DNA from: Candidatus Gottesmanbacteria bacterium RIFCSPLOWO2_01_FULL_42_22
Lineage (GTDB): Bacteria > Patescibacteriota > Microgenomatia > 2-02-FULL-39-11
Direction: 5' to 3'
Length of the DNA: 64,000 bases
Assembly: GCA_001779315.1 (NCBI GenBank)
Contig: MFJU01000042.1
Location: 747 to 64,746 of the forward strand
Both the position numbers and the translations under genes were made by a program. Shown here piece after piece: positions 9,515 through 16,875 of the stretch. Position 1 is the first letter of the stretch. The number at the start of each line of letters is the position of its first letter. The notes beneath the pieces are model-generated. The model saw only the letters and a list, made by a program, of their open reading frames with translations. It did no database searches and was not told the origin of the DNA.

Positions 9515-9889
9515 ATGCCAAAAGTAACAATTTCAAAACCAAGATCATTTGGTAATGTTGAAAAGTTTATTGAGCCTTGTATTCTTCTTCTTTTATCTAA
9601 AGATTCCTCTCACGGGTATGGTCTCATGGATGGTTTGGGGAAACATTGCGGTCACAATGTTGATATCGGCAATCTTTACCGCACGCTACGTAAGATGGAG
9701 AAAAATAAATGGATAGTTTCCGACTGGCAAAAGAATAAGATAGGACCTGATAAACGGACATACAAAATTTCTCCAAACGGAGTGACGATATTACACGAAG
9801 CGGCTTCATCGCTTAAAACCGCACAGCGTCTTCTCTCCCGGTTTCGAAATGGTTATAACAGGATTTATGATAATGGAGTAACTGTATGA
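9515..9889 (+). CDS. PadR family transcriptional regulator
   Basis: HGYGL...GNLYRTLRKME...GPDKRTYKIS..G. Confidence 0.9.
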   Translation: MPKVTISKPRSFGNVEKFIEPCILLLLSKDSSHGYGLMDGLGKHCGHNVDIGNLYRTLRKMEKNKWIVSDWQKNKIGPDKRTYKISPNGVTILHEAASSLKTAQRLLSRFRNGYNRIYDNGVTV

Positions 9890-10209
9890 AGCTTACAATT
9901 GTGCTTTCCACAACTCATACAGAAACCAACTGGAATGCTTTAAGACTAGCCAATCTGGCTTTGAAAAAGGGAGATGAGGTGAGTTTATTTCTTTTAGGTG
10001 AAGCAGTTGAGTATGAAAATGCCAGTAGTGATAGGTTTAATATAAAGCAGCAAATTGATACTTTTCTAAAATCAGATAAAGCAAAAATTGTCGCCTGCGG
10101 AACCTGTATGAATTTAAGAAACCAGGAAAGCACGCAAACCTGTCCTAGGGGAGGATTGGAGGATTTTTATTCTCTTATATCAACAAGTGACAAAGTATTA
10201 ACATTTTAA
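9886..10209 (+). CDS. DsrE family sulfur-relay protein
   Basis: WNALRLA...FLLGEAV...ACGTC...SDKVLTF. Confidence 0.85.
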   Translation: MKLTIVLSTTHTETNWNALRLANLALKKGDEVSLFLLGEAVEYENASSDRFNIKQQIDTFLKSDKAKIVACGTCMNLRNQESTQTCPRGGLEDFYSLISTSDKVLTF

Positions 10210-10217
10210 ATTACAGA

Positions 10218-10832
10218 ATGAAAAAGTTAATCGTACTCGTTTTGCTTGCTGCATTTCTTATTAATCCTTCTGCAATTTTTGCCCAACCAATGACAGGTAA
10301 GCAATTTCAATCTGCTACTGATGATCATACAGCCGGTGAAGAAGCGGAGGGAAAAGAAATATGGGAAAGATTACAGTCGAAGCAAATAATTTGCAATGAA
10401 CTTTCATATGGAAACTTCGGTTCTTTAGGAGAATACTATATGGGTCAAATGGTAGGAGATACCGGCAGGCATGCAGTGATGAATCAAATGATGACGGCAA
10501 TGTTAGGAGAGACAAGCGAAGAAAAGATGCATGTAGTAATGGGGAAAAGAATGAGCGGTTGTTATACCGGGACGAAGGGAGGTGGTAATCCGATGATGGG
10601 TTATGGTTGGAATAACATGATGGGCGGTTGGGGAGGTTTTGGTTTAGGCTGGGTATTTATGATTTTATTCTGGGCGCTGATTATTTTGGGCGTAGTTGGA
10701 CTTATTCGTTATTTAAGCGGGCAACACAATGCGGATAAGGGTAAAACCCCTCTGGATATTCTTAGAGAACGCTATGCAAAAGGCGAGGTAGACAAAAAGG
10801 AATTTGAAGAAATGAAGAAGGATTTAAGATAA
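10218..10832 (+). CDS. Exported/membrane protein with SHOCT domain
   Basis: Signal peptide, Met/Gly-rich segment, TM, PLDILRERYAKGEVDKKEFE. Confidence 0.8.
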   Translation: MKKLIVLVLLAAFLINPSAIFAQPMTGKQFQSATDDHTAGEEAEGKEIWERLQSKQIICNELSYGNFGSLGEYYMGQMVGDTGRHAVMNQMMTAMLGETSEEKMHVVMGKRMSGCYTGTKGGGNPMMGYGWNNMMGGWGGFGLGWVFMILFWALIILGVVGLIRYLSGQHNADKGKTPLDILRERYAKGEVDKKEFEEMKKDLR

Positions 10833-10876
10833 AATTTTTAAGAAAATCAGACCGGGTTTGCAGTCTCTTTATCTCT

Positions 10877-11224
10877 TCATAACCTTTTATTGGCCATTGC
10901 ATCAGCGCGTTTTTTACCCCAGTCACAGGCAAGTTTTAGAATAGGTGTTAAAGTTTGTCCTGCAGGTGTTAATGAATATTCAACTTTTGGAGGAATTTGT
11001 CTATATATTTTTCTTGAAACGATATTATCTCCTTCGAGTTCCCGTAGCTGGCGAGTCAGCATCCTTTGACTGCAATCTGGTATAAGTTTTCGCAATTCTC
11101 CAAATCGCTTTTTGCCATCAACTAGGTTCCAAAGAATTAGTGTTTTCCACTTGCCTCCAATTAACTCAAGTGTAAATGCAATGTAGCAGAAGTAATTTTT
11201 ATCCCCGACAGTGAAGTTTGCCAT
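10877..11224 (-). CDS. HxlR family transcriptional regulator
   Basis: IGGKWK.LIL...RFGEL...MLTRQLRELE...PPKVEYSLT. Confidence 0.92.
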   Translation of the reverse strand: MANFTVGDKNYFCYIAFTLELIGGKWKTLILWNLVDGKKRFGELRKLIPDCSQRMLTRQLRELEGDNIVSRKIYRQIPPKVEYSLTPAGQTLTPILKLACDWGKKRADAMANKRL

Positions 11225-11320
11225 TGGTATACAAAATGTCACTATACAACAATTTTGTGCGTACTTGCAAGAATAAAATTAGGGTTTAACATAAATAAAA
11301 GATAAGGAGGTGAATATAAA

Positions 11321-11683
11321 ATGGATAAGAAAATGGAAGTAAAAAATTTTACCTCTCCGGATGAAGTGAGGACATTCGAAAAGGGAAAGGTAGAACTGGT
11401 TAAAATCGGAGGCGCAATGGTTGGCAAAGCAACTTTTGAACCGGGATGGAAATGGTCTTTACATGTAAAATCACTGGCTAAAACTGAATGGTGCGAAGCT
11501 CCCCATTTCCAATACCTTATTTCGGGAACATTACACGTAGTAATGGCTGACGGTACTGAAACAGACTTAAAACCCGGCAGTGTATCCCTGCTGCCATCAG
11601 GCCATGATGCTTGGGTGGTTGGAAACGAACCGGTAGTTGGGGTAGATTTTCAGGGAATGGTTGACTACGCAAAAAAAGCTTAA
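11321..11683 (+). CDS. Cupin domain protein
   Basis: FEPGWKWS.HVK, C.APH, PSGHDAWVVG; AGGAGG RBS. Confidence 0.88.
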   Translation: MDKKMEVKNFTSPDEVRTFEKGKVELVKIGGAMVGKATFEPGWKWSLHVKSLAKTEWCEAPHFQYLISGTLHVVMADGTETDLKPGSVSLLPSGHDAWVVGNEPVVGVDFQGMVDYAKKA

Positions 11684-11779
11684 AGACCAAATTATTAGAA
11701 TACACAACGTATATGATTGCAAGTAGCCCATCGGAAAAATTCGAAGGGTTGCTTTATGAAAAATTAACTATTGTCCGGA

Positions 11780-11898
11780 TTGCAGTTTCCTAATCTTCTC
11801 CCACTGTTGTCGTAATTCCCCAATAATCTTCAAGTCCTGAAAAACCCGGATTATTGAGGTAAAATCGCGGGTTTATTAATCCTCAGGTACGGGGAGCA
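11780..11898. repeat. Family-A boundary site A8
   Basis: Aligns with A2/A9; minus strand DFTSIIRVFQDLKIIGELRQQWEKIRKLQ; core 11891-11898. Confidence 0.9.
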
Positions 11899-12107
11899 TT
11901 TGATATCCCTCTGTTTGGAGTCAGGATGGTGTGAGCTCCCGAATGAGGGATTATTTAAGGAGAAAATAGAAAAAGAAAATGACTAAATTTGAAGCTAAAA
12001 GAGAACCGTCCCCTATACTACGTCCCCTATACTATAATTACAGTTAACCTGATATTTCGTAATAGGAAGCCGAAATAGGCAGTCTCTCACTGCTGGGCTC
12101 AGCTGTC

Positions 12108-12695
12108 TTACCAGTCTTTCGGATCTGACCAGTGGGTTCTAGCCATCACCGCTACTTCGAAATTCGGATCATCTTTGGCTTGTAATCCAACCTTTGCTAC
12201 CGGATTGTTTCCGCCTCCGAAATTTCTGGTGACCACTTTAGCACCAAGGCTGTCCGCTGCAGAATTTGCACTCTCCAGCAATTTATCCAGCAAGCCCTGC
12301 GGGTCATCAGTGACGAAATCCAGATGCATCCCTCTCACGCCATTGCCTTCTTTTCCGGCTCTATGGAATTCAACGAATATATCTTGGCCGCCCTCAACCG
12401 GAATCCTCAGGTATCTTCTGAAATGGGTGACGCCGCCGGCAACCAGGTTATTGGCGATAAGCTTGTCACCGAATTGGCCTGTTGCTTCTTCAAATGATTT
12501 ATTATCGGGATAAGTTATGCCGATGTGATGGTAAAAAGTAGGGTGACCGGCTGCCCATTCGCTGACAGGAGTCAGCAGGGCATTGAGAAAATCAGGTCTT
12601 TCGATAATTTTTTCCGCAGGGCTCATTCCCTCCCTGATGGTTTCGTCTCTTAACCCGGTAATGGAGCTGACTGTATTTAAAATATTTTCATTCAT
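12108..12695 (-). CDS. Hypothetical protein, possible VOC/glyoxalase-fold metalloenzyme
   Basis: HHIGI...VEF...HLDF...FEV spacing resembles VOC metal ligands. Confidence 0.55.
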   Translation of the reverse strand: MNENILNTVSSITGLRDETIREGMSPAEKIIERPDFLNALLTPVSEWAAGHPTFYHHIGITYPDNKSFEEATGQFGDKLIANNLVAGGVTHFRRYLRIPVEGGQDIFVEFHRAGKEGNGVRGMHLDFVTDDPQGLLDKLLESANSAADSLGAKVVTRNFGGGNNPVAKVGLQAKDDPNFEVAVMARTHWSDPKDW

Positions 12696-12721
12696 AGAGT
12701 TTTATATAATATTGATAATGA

Positions 12722-13723
12722 TTACCGGACGACCCTTACCTCCAGGGGCAGCTCGATATTATGTTCTTTTAATACTACTTCCTGGATTAAGTCCGCGACT
12801 CTTAGATAACCCTCTGCCGAGCCGCTGCCTGTATTCCCGATAATATTGGCCGTAGATTTTGCATGGACCATTCCGCCGATCATGATAGTCTCCGGAAGTC
12901 TTCCGGTCATGCCGATAAGCTGCGTGGCCGATATTCCGTTGTATCCGGGATGGTTAAGCACGAATGTATAACCCAATGTTGCGCCGACCGACCACGGGTT
13001 TTTTTCCTTGTTCTTTTTCCTCATTTCCTGACGGCCTAAATTGATGACCGTTCTGGCTTTGGCGATTTTTTCCGGATCTCCTTCTGCCAGCTGGAACATC
13101 ACGTTAAGGACTATTTTTGTATTATCCGGTTGCGAAAAAACACTTTGGCGGTCATGCATTTCCAGCTGTGACGTGTCCATCCGCACGACATCACCGTTTT
13201 CATCGACAACCTCGACCCAACTCAAAACCTGTCTTATAGATTCAGGCAGTTCGGTATCAGTGATCCCAAACGCTTCGAAGATTTTCGTATAGTTATGAAT
13301 CGGATGCCAGGCATCCGTCACTACCGCCCCGGCTGTGCTGCCGGGAATATCCCTGGCAAATTCCAGTCCGGTTAGATTACCACTTGCCGATTCTCTGGAA
13401 ACTGCCGAAATTTTAGTTCCGCCCCCCGCGCAGATTTGTGCGGTTCCTATATTCAGATGGATACCGTTCATCTTACGGCTGTCAATTACGACAGTTTTCA
13501 TGGGATCCAGTTCGGTACCCATTAAAAGCGTATTGCTGCCACCGCCGTGAACATGAAAGGTCTGCTGGTGATCATTAAGCAGCCGGTGTAATGTGGAAGC
13601 CTGTTCTGTATTGGGATAGACAACCAGCTGCGCCCGGCTTTTGAGCAGGGTTGAGCTTACTTCCGCATTATTGACAAAATCAATACCCAATGATTGCAGG
13701 CCTGTCTCCAGTCTTGAAAGCAT
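12722..13723 (-). CDS. MurB-like FAD-dependent oxidoreductase (divergent)
   Basis: GGGSNTL, GLEFARDIPGS.AGAV, ANIIGN.G, LEVRVV. Confidence 0.75.
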   Translation of the reverse strand: MLSRLETGLQSLGIDFVNNAEVSSTLLKSRAQLVVYPNTEQASTLHRLLNDHQQTFHVHGGGSNTLLMGTELDPMKTVVIDSRKMNGIHLNIGTAQICAGGGTKISAVSRESASGNLTGLEFARDIPGSTAGAVVTDAWHPIHNYTKIFEAFGITDTELPESIRQVLSWVEVVDENGDVVRMDTSQLEMHDRQSVFSQPDNTKIVLNVMFQLAEGDPEKIAKARTVINLGRQEMRKKNKEKNPWSVGATLGYTFVLNHPGYNGISATQLIGMTGRLPETIMIGGMVHAKSTANIIGNTGSGSAEGYLRVADLIQEVVLKEHNIELPLEVRVVR

Positions 13724-13813
13724 AGACCTATAATATACACATATATATATTATAAGTCAAACTATAAATGATTACCCGAAATTACTTTAATATCTGGAAA
13801 TAAGCATTATTAG

Positions 13814-13918
13814 TTGACCTTTATGAAAATATATGATAAAATCAACGAACCTTATAATAGAATTTATAAGGTTATTTAATATAATAATGTATCCCTCAGT
13901 AAGTCGGGGGATTTTTTT
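13814..13918 (+). promoter_or_regulatory. Sigma70 promoter followed by a 10-bp inverted repeat and a terminator-like hairpin in the leader
   Basis: TTGACC-17-TAAAAT (13814-13842); AACCTTATAA/TTATAAGGTT 13848-13873; ATCCCTC..GGGGGAT+T-run 13891-13918. Confidence 0.55.
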
Positions 13919-13930
13919 AATAAACGAAAT

Positions 13931-14887
13931 ATGTTCAAAGGCGAATTACAACCGGACGGAGTCTCCCTGATAGCGGGACCCTGTTCCATAGACCCGGAAA
14001 ATGTCCATCAGATTTACCAGATGGCCGATATCCGGATCAGGAACAAGAAAGGTGACTGGGTGCCCGCCCTGGCCGGAGCCAGGATTGTCGGCCTTAAATC
14101 AAGGACGGAATTCAATGCCACAGGTGATGGAATGGGTATCGATTTTCAGATCCTTGACGGTTTTATAACCAACAAAAATATCGGTGAGACCCCTCCCAGT
14201 GTCCTGATGGCTAAAGAATTCATAAAGGAAACCGGCATGGGCACTGCTGCGGAAGTCATGATCCCTGAAGCTCAAATGTACTATTATGAACAGAATCTTT
14301 CCAAAGGCAAGTTTTTTCCCTGGACTCCTGCCGTAAGCGCACTCGGTTGGCCGGCCAGGCAGATAGGCATCACCGCAGCCAGAAATGACTGGACTGTCGG
14401 GCTGAAGAATCCTAAGTGGCTTGGCCAGAGCCTGGATGACATCGAAAAAGGCAAATGCCAGACAATGAGTTCCATGGAAAAAACCTGGCGTGGCCTGGCT
14501 AATTTTGCCTCTTCTGCGGGTGCGGAAATCGCTTTCGTACACAGGGGTGTCGACATAGATGGCAAAGGAAAAATGAGGAATGCGCTGGTTCATGAAATAG
14601 TCCGGAGTCTAGCCAGGACTGCCCCTCAGACCGGCCGGTATTTTGACCCCAGCCACAGTTATGGACCTGACATGCAGGACTGCATAGTCGCCGAAACAAT
14701 CAGGACAATGAAGATGAGGGTAAACGGTGACAACGGACCGTATCTTTATACCGGCATATTGGTCGAAGTGGGTGATTCCACGACCGATACCAAACAGCAT
14801 ATCTCAGTCAGCGATTTGCAGAACTTAGCCAGGGAAATTTCTCAATTTAGGCCTTTTATTGTCCCCAAATCACATTACCTAATGTAA
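13931..14887 (+). CDS. Class I DAHP/KDO8P synthase family protein (divergent)
   Basis: IAGPCSI, KSRT, VGLKN, HRG, DPSHS, GILVE, TD motifs. Confidence 0.75.
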   Translation: MFKGELQPDGVSLIAGPCSIDPENVHQIYQMADIRIRNKKGDWVPALAGARIVGLKSRTEFNATGDGMGIDFQILDGFITNKNIGETPPSVLMAKEFIKETGMGTAAEVMIPEAQMYYYEQNLSKGKFFPWTPAVSALGWPARQIGITAARNDWTVGLKNPKWLGQSLDDIEKGKCQTMSSMEKTWRGLANFASSAGAEIAFVHRGVDIDGKGKMRNALVHEIVRSLARTAPQTGRYFDPSHSYGPDMQDCIVAETIRTMKMRVNGDNGPYLYTGILVEVGDSTTDTKQHISVSDLQNLAREISQFRPFIVPKSHYLM

Positions 14888-15044
14888 GTCTGCAGTCAGT
14901 TCGGGGTAGCAATTCTAAATTTCAGCACGATTGTTTCCAAAAGGGATTCTCATAACTTCATTATTGTTCTCCGGTGTCAGTACATCCTTATTATTATGCT
15001 TATCTGTTTGTGGGGGATATCATTAGCAAATCCATTATTTCAAT

Positions 15045-15263
15045 GTGTCCGTTGTATGGAGGAGATTTAATATCAGCGACAGAATGATTCAGAAAATCAT
15101 CGGGGAAGAGGCAACAGAGACGGTTATTGCGGCTAAAAATAATAAGAAGAAAAGAATTATTGAAGAAACTGCTGATTTATTCTTCCACTTGCTTGTACTT
15201 CTTTCTCAATTTGATATAAAACCGGATGAAATGGAAATGGAATTACAAAAGCGGAAAAAATAG
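15045..15263 (+). pseudogene. hisE: Phosphoribosyl-ATP pyrophosphatase (HisE) fragment
   Basis: K.GEEATE.VIAA...EETADL.FHLLVLL; N-terminal SYT..L part not seen. Confidence 0.6.
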
Positions 15264-15288
15264 CTTTTAAAATTTAATATGTAGGTAG

Positions 15289-15482
15289 TAGCTTCCTAAT
15301 CTCCTCCCACTGTTGTCGTAATTCCCCAACCTGCCTGCCGGCAGGCAGGTATACTTCAAGTCCTGAAACACCCGGATAATTAAGGTGAAATCGCGGGTTT
15401 TTTAATCCCAGGGACGGGGAGCACATTCACTTCGTTCAGTATAAACAATTTCTACGGATTTCTTTGGGTTTCATCGGAATTT
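15289..15482. repeat. Family-A boundary site A9 with palindromic insertion (15329-15350) and 24-bp insertion after the core
   Basis: Near-identical to A8 in the left arm; core 15416-15423; right arm 15448-15482. Confidence 0.9.
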
Positions 15483-15916
15483 CATTTGACGTCTTTTTGG
15501 AGTACATCTTTAAGAAAATTCCTTGCTTTCATAATTTTAATTCCCTCATAATCTCCAATATCAAGTAAATCTCTGTCTCCTGAAATTATATATGAAGCAG
15601 ATCCTTCTATTGCTGCTGCGATAAATTTATTATCATCGGGATCATCCTTGACGATGTCAACTTCTAAAGCTCCGGAAGTAATTATTGTTTGAGTTGATAG
15701 TGCTTGAATCATATCTTGAATGTCCTCAGGTTTAAGAAAGAAATGAGATTGTATTTCTTTCCGATCCAGGACTTCTTTTATTTCTGAAAGAATTGGAATT
15801 GAAGTGATTAATAAAAATTCTTTCTTACGCCATCCCTCAAGTAAACGATGGGGTATAGTATTTGATTTAGCGGTACCGGAAATAACCAGATTTGTATCAA
15901 TAACCACTCTTAGCAT
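15482..15916 (-). CDS. PIN-domain toxin (VapC-like)
   Basis: VVIDTNL.IS, DPDDNKFI..A, IISGD.DLL. Confidence 0.9.
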   Translation of the reverse strand: MLRVVIDTNLVISGTAKSNTIPHRLLEGWRKKEFLLITSIPILSEIKEVLDRKEIQSHFFLKPEDIQDMIQALSTQTIITSGALEVDIVKDDPDDNKFIAAAIEGSASYIISGDRDLLDIGDYEGIKIMKARNFLKDVLQKDVK

Positions 15917-16211
15917 GTTTTGTTCTTCTGACAGCTTTTACAGCCTCATTTACAATCCGTTCCACTTCTTTAGCAGGGATGCCTTTTGTCCTGGCACGAA
16001 TTCTATCAAAAACTTTAAATCCTTTTTTCCATTCCTCATTGGTGAATCTTTTAGTGGGATCTGTTAAAAATTCATACTCTTTGTAATCTATAAGAACAGC
16101 CTGGGGTTTATTAAAGCGGGTGATAATCACTTTTGTTTTCCCATAGACAGCAGTATTCAGTATCTCTGAGAACTTGTTTCTGGCATCCTGAGCGCTTACT
16201 GTTTGTGTCAT
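15897..16211 (-). CDS. Phd/YefM family antitoxin
   Basis: VSAQDARNKFSEIL...IITRFNKPQAVLI; overlaps toxin. Confidence 0.9.
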   Translation of the reverse strand: MTQTVSAQDARNKFSEILNTAVYGKTKVIITRFNKPQAVLIDYKEYEFLTDPTKRFTNEEWKKGFKVFDRIRARTKGIPAKEVERIVNEAVKAVRRTKHAKSGY

Positions 16212-16319
16212 AAAATCCTCCTGTAGGCTACATACTAGTACAAAATGTAAGTATTGTCAAGAAGTTACAAAATAGACAGAGAATTGCTACCAAAAGCTCA
16301 TTTAGAATTTAGAATATTT

Positions 16320-16453
16320 CAGCTTCTTTATTTCCTCCCATCTTAGCCTAAACTCTCCAACCTGCCTGCCGGCAGGCAGGTATACTTCAAATTCTAAAAA
16401 GCCCGGATAAGTGAAGTGAAATCGCGGGTTTATTAATCCTCAGGAGGGGAGCA
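16320..16453. repeat. Family-A boundary site A10 (rightmost) with palindromic insertion (16360-16381)
   Basis: Minus strand LKYIGEFRLRWEEIKKL after removing the insertion; core 16446-16453. Confidence 0.88.
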
Positions 16454-16551
16454 GGTTGGTTCTTGCGCAAAGGGATTGCGCCTGAGGCAGAATACATAAA
16501 TTGACTTTCATGCCTAGTTTTGCCAAACTATTTATAAAGGAGGTGATTTAA

Positions 16552-16743
16552 ATGAATATGAATGCAATGTTTAAAGAATGTGTGAAACCGCACGCACTTG
16601 TACATTCACTTACGGGAGCTGCTGTTGCTTTTTTACTTTTATATTTTGTCCCGGGCTTAATTGATAAGCTATTAGTGCTCGGCATAATATTATTTGTTGC
16701 AGCCTTTATTTTGGAGTTTTTTGTTAACCCAGCACGAAAATAA
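16552..16743 (+). CDS. Small membrane protein
   Basis: 63 aa, two TM helices, AGGAGGT RBS. Confidence 0.7.
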   Translation: MNMNAMFKECVKPHALVHSLTGAAVAFLLLYFVPGLIDKLLVLGIILFVAAFILEFFVNPARK

Positions 16744-16875
16744 TAATTTAAGAAGCGATTAAAAATGTTCCCCTTGCAGCGTTTTTCCATCCAAAGTCAT
16801 TAAATTATCTCCGATCATATTCGGAACATGTGCTGCAAGTCCTATTCCTGCGATTGGGCTAAACGCATCCTTAAC

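Larger units (their letters stand above)
90..16453. mobile_element. Tandem gene-cassette array (integron-like) delimited by recurring att-like boundary sites; probably extends left of the window
   Basis: Related sites with a GGGGAG(C/T)A-like core end at ~740, 1831, 2663, 3228, 3908, 4787, 6164, 6833, 8009, 11898, 14911, 15423 and 16453, each between unrelated 1-3 gene units; no copies seen right of 16453. Confidence 0.75.

Noticed and set aside
12007-12034. 14-bp tandem duplication CGTCCCCTATACTA x2
   Set aside because: Isolated slippage-type duplication with no supportable function
14905-16291. 12-bp inverted repeat GGTAGCAATTCT / AGAATTGCTACC as IS ends
   Set aside because: No transposase or target duplication; length compatible with chance
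2548-16453. Boundary repeats as a CRISPR array
   Set aside because: Repeats are 40-135 bp, diverged, and separated by whole genes; no cas genes in the window
2548-16453. Boundary repeats as classical integron attC sites
   Set aside because: No RYYYAAC/GTTRRRY ends and no intI; internal inverted repeats (AAACCCG/CGGGTTT, CCCAYCYCT/AGGGAYGGG) are partial and not kept in all copies, whereas codon-level conservation is
2548-16453. Repeats as intact tRNA or known ncRNA genes
   Set aside because: No cloverleaf or TTCGA loop; only the terminal GGAGCA resembles a tRNA end
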